Shown here piece by piece: positions 12,130-24,100 of a stretch of 64,000 nucleotides of DNA; the stretch's first letter is position 1; each line of letters begins with the position of its first letter. Below the pieces are notes generated by a model. The model searched no databases. It was not told where the DNA came from and worked only from the letters and a program-made list of their open reading frames with translations. Position numbers and translations under genes: made by a program. Where the stretch lies: NCBI GenBank assembly GCA_964016885.1, contig OZ024742.1, positions 310,868,001 to 310,932,000 on the forward strand, written 5' to 3'. The DNA is from Eledone cirrhosa (Eukaryota).

Positions 12130-15100
12130 GGTTAGTGTTAGGGTTAGGGTTAGGGTTAGGGTTTGGTTTAGGGTTAGGGTCAGGGTTAGGCTTAGGGTTA
12201 GGGTGTGGTTTAGGGTTAGGGTGAGGGTTAGGGTTAGGGTTTTGTTTAGGGTTAGGGTTAGGGTTAGGGTTTTGTTTAGGGTTAGGGTTAGGGTTTGGTT
12301 TAGGGTTAAGGTTTGGTTTAGGGTTAGGGTTAGGGTTAGGGTTTGGTTTAGAGTTAGGGTTAGGGTTAGGGTTTGGTTTAGGGTTAGGGTTAGGGTTTGG
12401 GTTTGGTTTAGGGTTAGGGTTAGGGTTTTGTTTAGGGTTAGGGTTAGGGTTAGGGTTTGGTTTAGGGTTAGAGTTAGGGTTTTGTTTAGGCTTAGGGTTA
12501 GGGTTTGGGTTAGGGTTTTGTTTAGGGTTAGGGTTAGGGTTTGGTAGGGTTAGGGTCAGGGTTTGGGTTTGGTTTAGGGTTAGGGTTTGGGTTTGGTTTA
12601 GGGTTAGGGTTAGGGTTTGGGTTAGGGTTAGGGTTAGAGTTTGGTTTAGGGTTAGGGTTTGGGTTTGGTTTAGGGTTTGGTTTAGGGTTAGGGTTAGGGA
12701 TATCGTTAGGGTTAGGGTTTGGTTTAGGGTTGGGGTTTGTGTTAAGGTTAGGGTTAAAAGTTAGGGTTAGGGTTAGGGTTTGGTTTACTGTTAGGGTTAG
12801 GGTTTGAGGTTGGGGTTGGGGTTGGGGTGGGGTTGGGGTTAGGGTTTGGGTTTGGTTTAGGGTTAGGGTTTGGGTTTGGTTTAGGGTTAGGGTTAGGGTT
12901 TGGATTAGAGTTAGGGTTAGAGTTTGGTTTAGGGTTAGGGTTTGGGTTTGGTTTAGAGTTTGGTTTAGGGTTAGTGTTAGGGATATCGTTAGGGTTAGGG
13001 TTTGGTTTAGGGTTGGGGTTTGGGTTAAGGTTAGGGTTAAAAGTTAGGGTTAGGGTTAGGGTTTGGTTTACTGTTAGGGTTAGGGTTTGAGGTTGGGGTT
13101 GGGGTTGGGGTGGGGTTGGGGTTAGGGTTAAAAGTTAGGGTTAGGGTTACGGTTAAAAGTTAGGGTTAGGTGTAGGGTTACGATTAGGGTTAGGGTTAAA
13201 ATTTAGGGTTAGGATTACGGTTTTGGTTAGGGTTAAGGCTAGGGTTAAAAGTTAGGGTTAATGTTAGGGATACGGTGAAAAGTTAGGTTTAGGGTTAGTG
13301 TTAGGATTAGGGTTAAAAGTTAGGGTTAGGGTTAGGCTTAGGGTTAGGGTTAGGGTTAAAAGTCAGGGTTAAATGTTAGGGTAAGGGCTAGTGTTAGGGT
13401 TAGGATTAGGGTTAAATGTTAGGGTTAGCCTTAGGGTTAGGGTTTGGTTTAGGTTTAAAAGTTAGGGTTAGGGTTAGGGTTAGGTTTAGGGTTAGGGTTA
13501 GTGTTAGGATTGGGGTTAGAGTTAGGGTTAGGGTTTGAGTTAGCGTTAGGGTTAGGTTTAGGTTTAAAACTTAGTGTTAGGGTTAGGGTTAGGGTTAAAT
13601 TTTAGGTTTAGGGTTAGGGTTAGTGTTAGGGTAAAAAGATAGCTTAGGGTTACAGCTAGGGTTAGGGTTAGGGTTAGGATTAGGGTTAAATGTTAGGTTT
13701 AGGGTTATGGTTAGTGTTAATGTTAGGATTAAAAGTTAGGGTTAGGTTTAAGGATAGGTTTAGGGTTAGGGATAAAATTAGGTTTAGTGTTATGGTTAGG
13801 GTTAGGGTTAAAAGTTAGGGTAAGGGTTAGGGTTAAAAGTTAGGCTTTCGTTTAAAGGTTAGGCTTAGGTTAGGGATAAAAGCTACGGTTAGCTTTAGGG
13901 TTAGGGCTAGGTTTAGGGTTAGGGTAAAATGTTAGCTAGGGTTAGCTTCAATGTTAGGGTTAGGGTTACGGTTAGTTTAGGGTTAGGGCTATCGATAAGG
14001 TTAGGGTTAGGGTTAGGTTTAGGGTTAGGGTTAGGTTTAGGGTTAGGGTCAAGGTTAAAATTTAGGGTTAAAAATTTGGGTTAGGGTTATTGTTAGGGTT
14101 AGTTTTAGGTGTAGTGTTAGGGTTAGGGTTAGAGTTAGGGTTAGGTTTAGGGTTAGGGCTAGGTCTTTTGTTAGGGTTAGGGTTAGGGTTAGGGTTAGGG
14201 TAGCGTTAGGGTTAAAATTTAGCGTTAAATTTAGCGTTAGGATTAGGGTTAGGGTTAGGATTAAAATTTAGGGTTAGGGTTACGGTTAGTGTTAGTGTTA
14301 GGGTTAGGGTTAGGGTTAAAAGTTAGGGTTAGGGTTAGGGTTAGTGTTAGAGTTCGGATTAAATGTTAGGGTTAGGGTTAGGATTAGGGTTAAACATCAG
14401 GGTTAGGTTTAGGGTTAGGGTTGGGATTAGGGTTATCGTTAGGGTGTAATTTTAGGGTTAGGTTTAGGTTTAGGGTTAAAAGTTAGGGTTAGGATTAGGG
14501 TTAGGGTTAAAATTTAGGGTTAAGCTTAGGGTTAGGTTTAGGGTTAGTGTTCGGGTTAAGGTTAGGTTTAGTGTTAGAGTTAGGTTTAGAGTTAGGTTTA
14601 TAGGGTTAGGTTTAGGTTTAATAGTTAGGGTTAGGGTTAGGGTTAGGATTAAAAGATAGGGTTAGGCTTAGGGTGGGGTTAATGTTAAAAATTAGGGTTA
14701 GGTTTAGGGTTAAGTTTGGGATTCGGGTTATCGTTAGGGTTAGGATTAGGGTTAAAAGCTAGGGTTAGCTTTAGGGTTAGGGCTAGGTTTAGGGTTAGGG
14801 TAAAATGTTAGGGTTAGAGTTAGGGTTAAAAGTTAGGGTTAGGGTTACATTTAGAGTTACGTTTAGGGTTAGGGTTAGGGTTACATTTAGAGTTACGTTT
14901 AGGGTTAGGGTTAGGGTTAGTGTTAAAAGTTAGCGTTAGGGTTAGGGTTAGGTGTAGTGTTATGGTTAGAGTTAGGGTTAGGGTTAGGGTTAGGGATAGG
15001 GTTAGGAATACGGTTAAAAGTTAGGGTTAGGGTTAGTGTTAGGTGTAGTGGTATTGTTAGGGTTAGGGTTAGGGTTAAAAGTTAGGGTTAGGGTTAGGGT

Positions 15101-18100
15101 TAGGGTTAAAAGTTAGGGTTAGTGTTAGGAATACGGTTAAAAGTTAGGGGTAGGGTTAGGGTTAGGGTTAGAGTTAAAAGTTAGGGTTAGGGTTAGGGTT
15201 AAAATTTAGGGTTAGGGTTAGGTATACGGTTAAAAGTGTGGGTTAGGGTTAGTGTTAGGATTAGGGTTAGGGTTAGGGTTAGGGTTAAATGTTAGGGTTA
15301 GGGTTTGGTATACAGTTAAAAGTTAGGGTTAGGGTTAAGGTTAGGGTTAGGGTTAAATGTTAGGGTTAGCCCTAGGGTTAGGGTTTGGTGTAGGGTTAAA
15401 TGTTAGGGTTAAGGTTAGGGTTAGAGTTAGGGTTAGGGTTATGTTTAGGGTTAAAAGGTAGGTTAGGGTTAGGGTTTACGGTTATGGTTAGCTTTAAGGT
15501 TAGGGTTAAAAGTTAGGGTTTGGGTTAGGGTTAGTGTTAGGGTTAAATGTTAGGGTTATACGTTAGGGTTAAACGTTTGCTTCAAGGTTAGGATTAGGGT
15601 TAGGGTTAGTTTAGGGTTAGGGTTATCGTTAAGGTTAGGGTTAGGGTTAGGTTTAGGGTTAGGGTCAATGTTAAAATTTAGGGTTAAAAATTTGGGTTAG
15701 GGTTATTGTTAGGGTTAGTTTTAGGTGTAGTGTTAGGGTTAGGGTTAGGGTTAGGGTTAAAAGTCAGGGTTAAATGTTAGGGTTAGGGCTAGTGTTAGGG
15801 TTAGGATTAGGGTTAAATGTTAGGGTTAGCCTTAGGGTTAGGGTTTGGTTTAGGTTTAAAAGTTAGTGTTATGGTTAGGGTTAGGGTTAAAAGTTAGGGT
15901 TAGGGTTAGGGTTAAAAGTTAGGCTTTCGTTTGAAGGTCAGGCTTAGGTTAGGGATAAAAGCTACGGTTAGCTTTAGGGTTAGGGCTAGGTTTAGGGTTA
16001 GGGTAAAATGTTAGCTAGGGTTAGCTTCAATGTTAGGGTTAGGGTTAGGGTTAGTTTATGGTTAGGGCTATCGATAAGGTTAGGGTTAGGGTTAGGTTTA
16101 GGGTTAGGGTCAAGGTTAAAATTTAGGGTTAAAAATTTGGGTTAGGGTTATTGTTAGGGTTAGTTTTAGGTGTAGTGTTAGGGTTAGGGTTAGAGTTAGG
16201 GTTAGGTTTAGGGTTAAGGCTAGGTCTTTTGTTAGGGTTAGGGTTAGGGTTAGGGTTAGGGTAGCGTTAGGGTTAAAATTTAGCGTTAAATTTAGCGTTA
16301 GGATTAGGGTTAGGGTTAGGATTAAAATTTAGGGTTATGGTTACGGTTAGTGTTAGTGTTAGGGTTAGGGTTAGGGTTAAAAGTTAGGGTTAGGGTTAGG
16401 GTTAGTGTTAGAGTTCGGATTAAATGTTAGGGTTAGGGTTAGGATTAAGGTTAAAAATCAGGGTTAGGTTTAGGGTTATCGTTAGGGTGTAATTTTAGGG
16501 TTAGGTTTAGGTTTAGGGTTAAAAGTTAGGGTTAGGATTAGGGTTAGGGTTAAAATTTAGGGTTAAGCTTAGGGTTAGGTTTAGGGTTAGTGTTCGGGTT
16601 AAGGTTAGGTTTAGTGTTAGAGTTAGGTTCAGAGTTAGGTTTATAGGGTTAGGTTTAGGTTTAATAGTTAGGGTTAGGGTTAGGGTTAGAATTAAAAGAT
16701 AGGGTTAGGCTTAGGGTGGGGTTAATGTTAAAAATTAGGGTTAGGTTTAGGGTTAAGTTTGGGATTCGGGTTATCGTTAGGGTTAGGGTTAGGGTTAAAA
16801 GCTAGGGTTAGCTTTAGGGTTAGGGCTAGGTTTAGGGTTAGGGTAAAATGTTAGGGTTAGAGTTAGGGTTAAAAGTTAGGGTTAGGGTTACATTTAGAGT
16901 TACGTTTAGGGTTAGGGTTAGGGTTACATTTAGAGTTACGTTTAGTGTTAGGGTTAGGGTTAGTGTTAAAAGTTAGCGTTAGGGTTAGGGTTAGGTGTAG
17001 TGTTAGGAATACGCTTAAAAGTTAGGGTTAGGGTTAGTGTTAGGTGTAGTGTTATGGTTAGGGTTAGCGTTAGGGTTAAAAGTTAGGGTTAGTGTTGGGA
17101 ATACGGTTAAAAGTTAGGGTTAGGCTTAGTGTTAGGTGTAGTGGTTTTGTTAGGGTTAGGGTTAGGGTTAAAAGTTAGGGTTAGGGTTAGGGTTAGGGTT
17201 AAAAGTTAGGGTTAGTGTTAGGAATACGGTTAAAAGTTAGGGGTAGGGTTAGGGTTAGGGTTAGAGTTAAAAGTTAGGGTTAGGGTTAGGGTTAAAATTT
17301 AGGGTTAGGGTTAGGTATACGGTTAAAAGTTGGGGTTAGGGTTAGTGTTAGGATTAGGGTTAGGGTTAGGGTTAGGGTTAGGGTTAGGGTTAAATGTTAG
17401 GGTTAGGGTTAGGTATACAGTTAAAAGTTTGGGTTAGGGTTAGTGTTAGGTTTAGGGTTAGGGTTAGGGTTAGGGTTAAGGTTAGGGTTAGGGTTAAATG
17501 TTAGGGTTAGCCCTAGAGTTAGGGTTTGGTGTAGGGTTAAATGTTAGGGTTAAGGTTAGGGTTAGAGTTAGGGTTAGGGTTATGGTTAGGGTTAAAAGGT
17601 AGGATTAGTGTTAGGGTTTACGGTTATGGTTAGCGTTAAGGTTAGGGTTAAAAGTTAGGGTTTGGGTTAGGGTTAGTGCTAGGGTTAAACGTTAGGGTTA
17701 TACGTTAGGGTTAAACGTTAGCTTCAAGGTTAGGATTAGGGTTAGGGTTAGTTTAGTGTTAGGGCTATCGCTAAGGTTAGGGTTAGGGTTAGGTTTAAGG
17801 TTAGGGTCAAGGTTAAAATTTAGGGTTAAAAATTTGGGTTAGGGTTATTGTCAGGGTTAGTTTTAGGTGTAGTGTTAAGGTTAGGGTTAGGGTTAGGGTT
17901 AAAAGTCAGGGTTAAATGTTAGGGTTAGGGCTAGTGTTAGGGTTAGGATTATGGTTAAATGTTAGGGTTAGCCTTAGGGTTAGGGTTTGGTTTAGGTTTA
18001 AAAGTTAGGGTTAGGGTTAGGGTTAGGGTTAAATGTAAGGTTTAGGGTTACGATTAGGTTAAACGGTTAAAAGTTAGGATTTGGGTTAGAGTTTACGGTT

Positions 18101-21100
18101 AAAAGTTAGAGTCAGGGTTACGGTTATGGTTAGGGTTAAGGTTAGGGTTAAAAGTTAGGGTTAGGTTAGGGTTAGGGTTAGGGTTAGGGTTAAAAGTTAG
18201 GGTTAGTGTTAGGGTTAGGTAAGAGTTAGGGCTATCGTTGGGTTATGGTTAGGGTAAAACGTTAGGGTTAGTGTTAGGGTTAAATGTTAGAGTTTGGGTT
18301 AGTGTTAGGGTTAGGTTTATAGGGTTAGGTTTAGGTTTAAAGATGGGTTAGGGTTAGGTTTAGGGTTAGGGTTAGTGTTAGGATTAGGGTTAGAGTTAGG
18401 GTTAGGGTTTGAGTTAGCGTTAGGGTTAGATTTATAGTGTTAGGTTTAGGTTTAAAACTTAGTGTTAGGGTTAGGGTTAGGGTTAGGGTTAGGGTTAGGG
18501 TTAGGGTTAGGGTTAGGGTTAGGGTTGGGGTTAGTGTTGGGGTTAGGGTTAGAGTTGGGGTTAGAGTTGGGGTTAGGGTTAGGGTTATGGTTGGGGGTTA
18601 GTGTTGGGGTTAGGGTTAGGGTTGGGGTTAGGGTTAGGGTTAGGGTTAGGGTTAGGGTTAGGGTTAGGGTTAGGGTTGGGGTTAAAAGTTAGTGTTTCGT
18701 TTAAAAGTTAGGGTTAGGGTTAGGGTTAGGGTTAAAAGTTAGGGTTAGGGTTAGGAATACGGTTAAAATTATGGTTATGGTTAGGGTTAGGGTTAAAACT
18801 AAGGGTTAGGGTAAGGGTTGGTATTAGGGTTAGGGTTACGGTTGGGGTTGGGGTTAGGGTTACGGTTAGGGTTAAAAGTTAGTATTAGGGTTAGGGTTAG
18901 GATTCGGGTTAGGGTTATAAGTTACGGTTTAGGTTACGTTTAGGCTTAGAGTTAGGTTTAGGGTTAGGTTTAGAGTTAGGGTTCAAAGTTAAGGTTAAAT
19001 GTTAAGGTTAGGGTTATGATTAGGTTTACGGTTAAAAGTTAGGGTTAAATGTTAGTGTTAGGGTTAGTGTTAGGGTTAGAGTTAAAGTTAGGATTAGGGT
19101 CAAATGTTAGGGTTAGGGTTAGGGTTAAATGTTAGGGTTAGGGTTAGAGTTAAATGTTAGGGTTAGGGTTAGGGTTAGGGTTAAAAGTGTTAGGTTTAGG
19201 GTTAGGGTTCAAAGTTTGGGTTAGGGTTAAGTTTAGGTTTAGGGTTAAACGTTATGGTTAGGGTTTGGGTTAGGGTTAGCGTTATTGTTAGGGTTACGGT
19301 TTAAAGTTAGTGTTAGGTTTAGGGTTACGGTCAGTATTAGGTTTAGGGTTAGGGCTAGGTTTAAATGATGAGGCTAGGGTCAGAGTTAGGTTTAGGGTTA
19401 GGGTTGAAATTGAGGATTAGGGTTAGTATTAGGGTTAGCCTTAGGGTTAGGGTTCAAAGTAAGGGTTGCGGTGACAGTTAGGGTTAAGGTTAGGGTTAAT
19501 GTTAAAACTTAGTGTTAGTTTTAGGGTTAGGGTTAGGTTTAGGGTTAGGGTTAGGGTTAAAAGTTAGCGTTAGGCTTAAAAGTTAGGATTAGGGTTAGGG
19601 TTAGGGTTAGGGATAAAAGTTAGGGTAAGGCTTAAGGTTAGTGTGAGGGTTAAAAGTTAGGTTTAAATGTTAGGGTTAGTGTTAGGGTTAGGGTTAAGGT
19701 TAGGATTAGTGTTAAAAGTTAGGGTTAGAGTTAGGGTTAAATGTTAGGTTAGCCTTAGGGTTTGGGTTAGAGTTAAAAGGTAGGGTTAGGGTTACGTTTA
19801 GGGTTAAATGTTAGGTTTAGGGTTATGGTTAGTGTTAATGTTAGGATTAAAAGTTAGGGTTAGGTTTAAGGATAGGTTTAGGGTTAAGGATAAAATTAGG
19901 TTTAGTGTTATGGTTAGGGTTAGGGTTAAAAGTTAGGGTTAGGTTTAGTGTTAAAGGTTAGGGTTTCGTTTAAAGGTTAGGCTTAGGTTTGAGTTAAAAG
20001 CTAGGGTTAGCTTTAGGGTTAGGGCTAGGGTTAGGGTTAGGGTAAAATGTTAGGGTTAGAGTTAGGGTTAAAAGTTAGGGTTAGGGTTACATTTAGAGTT
20101 ACGTTTAGGGTTAGGGTTAGGGTTACATTTAGAGTTACGTTTAGGGTTAGGGCTAGGGTTAGGGTTAAAAGTTAGCGTTAGGGTTAGGGTTAGGTGTAGT
20201 GTTATGGTTATGGTTAGGGTTAGGGTTAGGGTTAGGGTTAGTGTTAGGAATACGGTTAAAAGTAGGGTTAGGGTTAGGGTTAGGTGTAGTGTTATGGTTA
20301 GGGTTAGGGTTAGCGTTAGGGTTAAAAGTTAGGGTTAGTGTTGGGTATACGGTTAAAAGTTAGGGTTAGGGTTAAGGTTAGGTGTAGTGGTATGGTTAGG
20401 GTTAGGGTTAGGGTTAGGGTTAAAAGTTAGGGTTAGGGTTAGGGTTAAAAGTTAGGGTTAGTGTTAGGAATACGGTTAAAAGTTAGGGGTAGGGTTAGGG
20501 TTAGGATTAGGTGTAGTGTTATGGTTAGGGTTAGGGTTAGGGTTAGAGTTAAAAGTTATGGTTAAAGTTAGGGTTAAAATTTAGGGTTAGGGTTAGGTAT
20601 ACGGTTAAAAGTTTGGGTTAGGGTTAGTGTTAGGATTAGGGTTAGGGTTAGGGTTAGGGTTAAGGTTAGGGTTAGGGTTAAATGTTAGGGTTAGCCCTAG
20701 GGTTAGGGTTTGGTTTAGGGTTAAATGTTAGGGTTAAGGTTAGGGTTAGAGTTAGCGTTAGGGTTATGGTTAGGGTTAAAAGGTAGGATTAGGGTTAGGG
20801 TTTACGGTTATGGTTAGCGTTAAGGTTAGGGTTAAAAGTTAGGGTTTGGGTTAGGGTTAGTGTTAGGGTTAAACGTTAGGGTTATACGTTAGGGTTAAAC
20901 GTTAGGGTTAAACGTTAGCTTCAATGTTAGGGTTAGGGTTAGGGTTAGTTTAGGGTTAGGGCTATCGATATGGTTAGGGTTAGGGTTAGGTTTAGGGTTA
21001 GGGTCAAGGTTAAAATTTAGGGTTAAAAATTTGGGTTAGGGTTATTGTTAGGGTTAGTTTTAGGTGTAGTGTTAGGGTTAGGGTTAGAGTTAGGGTTAGG

Positions 21101-24100
21101 TTTAGGGTTAGGGCTAGGTCTTTTGTTAGGGTTAGGGTAGCGTTAGGGTTAAAATTTAGCGTTAAATTTAGCGTTAGGATTAGGGTTAGGGTTAGGATTA
21201 AAATTTAGGGTTAGGGTTACGGTTAGTGTTAGAGTTCGGATTAAATGTTAGGGTTAGGGTTAGGATTAGGGTTAAAAATCAGGGTTAGGTTTAGGGTTAG
21301 GGTTGGGATTAGGGTTATCGTTAGGGTTAAATTTTAGGGTTAGGTTTAGGTTTAGGGTTAAAAGTTAGGGTTAGGATTAGGGTTAGTGTTAAAATTTAGG
21401 GTTTAGCTTAGTGTTAGGTTTAGGGTTAGTGTTCGGGTTAAGGTTAGGTTTAGTGTTAGAGTTAGGTTTAGAGTTAGGTTTTTTAGGGTTAGGTTTAGGT
21501 TTAATAGTTAGGGTTAGGGTTAGGGTTAGGGTTAGGATTAAAAGATAGGGTTAGGCTTAGGGTGGGGTTAATGCTAAAAATTAGGGTTAGGTTTAGGGTT
21601 ATGTTTGGGATTAGGGTTATCGTTAGGGTTAGGGTTAGGGTTAAAAGTTAGGGTTAGCGTTAGGATTAGGGTTAGGGTTAACATTTAGGGTTAAGCTTAG
21701 GGTTAGGGTTAGGGTTAGGGTTAGTGTTAGGGTTAAAAGTTAGGATTAAGGTTAGGTTTAGGGTTGTGGTTGGCGTTGGGTTTTGGGTTAGGGTTAGGGT
21801 TAGGATTAAAAGTTAGGGTTAGGGTTAGCGTTAGGGTTAGCTTAAAAGTGAGTGTTAGGTTTAAAAGTTAGGGTTAGGTTTAAATGTTAGGCTTAGTATT
21901 AGGGTTAAAATCTAGGGTAAGGTTTAGGGTTAAGGATAGGGTTAGGGTTAGGTTTAAATGTTAGGGTTTGGGTTATTGTTAGGGTTAGTTTTAGGTGTAG
22001 TGTTAGGGTTAGGGTTAGGGCTAGGGTTAAGGTTAAAAGTTAGGGTTCGGGTTAGAGTTAGGGTTATGTTTAGGGTAGCGTTAGGGTTAAAATTTAGCGT
22101 TAAATCTAGCGTTAGGGTTAGGGTTAGGGTTAGGGTTAGGATTAAAATTTAGTGTTAGGGTTACAGTTAGGGTTATGGTTAGTGTTAGGGTTAGGGTAGG
22201 GTTAGTGTTATGGTTAGTGTTAGGCTTAAATGTTACGTTTTGGGTTAGGGTTAGGGTTCAGGTTAGGGTTAAATGTTAGTGTTAGTGTTAGGGTTAAAAC
22301 TTAGGGTTAGGGTTACAGTTAGAGTTACGGTTAGGGTTAGTGTTAAAAGTTAGGGGTAGGGTTAGGGTTAGGGTTAGGCTTAAATGTTAGGTTTAGGGTT
22401 AGGTTAGGGTTAGGGTTAGTGTTAGGTTTAGGGTTAAAAGTTTGGGTTAGGGTTAGGTTTAGGGTTAGAGTTAGGGTTAAACGTTAGGGTTAGGTTTACG
22501 GTTATGATTAGGGTTAGGGTTAGCGTAATGATTAGGGTTACGGTTAAAAGTTAGGGTTAGGGTTAGGTTTAGGATTACGGTTAGTGTTAGGTTTAGGGTT
22601 AGGGCTAGGTTTAAATGATATGGTTAGGGTTAGTGTTAGGGTTAGGGTTAGGGTTGAAATTTAGGGTTCGGGTTAACGTTAGGGTTAAAATTTAGCGTTA
22701 AGTTTAGGGTTAGGGTTATGGTTATGATTATGGTTAGGGTTAAAATTTAGTGTTAGGGTTACAGTTAGGGTTATGGTTAGTGTTAAAACTTAGTGTTAGG
22801 GTTAGGGTTAAGTTTAGTGTTAATGTTAGGATTAAAAGTTATATTTATTGTTATGGTTAGGTTTAGGGTTAGGGATAAAATTAGGTTTAGTGTTATGGTT
22901 AGAGTTAGGGTTAGGGTTAGGGTTAGGGTTAAAATTAAGGTTAGGGTTAGGGTTAGGGTTAAAATATAGGGTTAGAGTTAGGGTTAGCGTTAGAGTTAGG
23001 TTTATGGTTAGGGTTAGGGTTAGGGTTAGGGTTCGGGTTAGCTTTAGGGTTAGAGTTAGGGCTAGTGTTACGGTAGGGTTATGGTTAGGGTGATGGTTAG
23101 GGTTAGGGTAGCGTTAGGGTTAAAATTTAGCGTTAAGTTTAGCGATAGGGTTAGGATTAAAATTTTGGGTTAGAGTTACGGTTATGGTTAGGTTTAGGGT
23201 TAGGGTTAGGTTTAGGGTTATGGTTAGGGTTAGGCTTAAATGTTAGGTTTAGGGTTAGGGTTAATGTTAGGGTTAGGATTAGGGTTAGTGTTAGGGTTAA
23301 ATGTTAGGGTTAGTGTTAGTGTTAAAAGTTAGTGTTAGGGTTACAGTTAGACTTACGGTTATGGTTAGTGTTAGGGTTAGTGTTAAAAGTTAGGGGTAGT
23401 GTTAGGGTTAGGGTTAGGCTTAAATGTTAGGTTTGGGGCTAGGGGTAGGCTTAGGGTTAGTGTTAGGTTTAGGGTTAAAAGTTTGGGTTAGGGTTAAGTT
23501 TAGGGTTAAACGTTAGGGTTAGATTTACGGTTATGAATAGGGTTAGATTTAGCGTAATCGTTAGGGTTACGGTTAAAAGTTAGGGTTAGTTTTAGGTTTA
23601 GGGTTACGGTTAGTGTTATAGTTAAAACATAGCGTTAGGGCTAGGGTTAGGTTTAGTGTTAATGTTGGGTTTAAAAGTTAGGGTTAGGGTTAGGGATAAA
23701 ATTAGGTTTAGTGTTATGGTTAGGGTTAAGATTAGGCTTAGGGTTCGGTTTAGGTTTAGGGTTAAAAGTTAGTGTTAGGGTTATGGTTACGTTTAGTGTT
23801 AATATTAGGGTTAAAAGTTAGGGTTAGGGTTAGGGTTAGGGATAAAATTAGGTTTAGTGTTATGGTTAGAGTTAGGGTTAGGGTTAGGGTTACGGTTAGG
23901 ATTAAAATTATGGTTAGGGTTAGGGTTAGGTTTAAAATTTAGGGTTAAAGTTAGGGTTAGAGTTAGGGTTGTGGTTAAGGTTATGGTTATGGTTAGGGTT
24001 AGGTTCAGGGTTAGGGTTAGGGCTAGTGTTACGGTTAGGGTTAAGGTTAGGGTTAGGGTTAGGGTTAGTGTTAGGGTTAGGGTTAGGGTTAGGGTTAGGT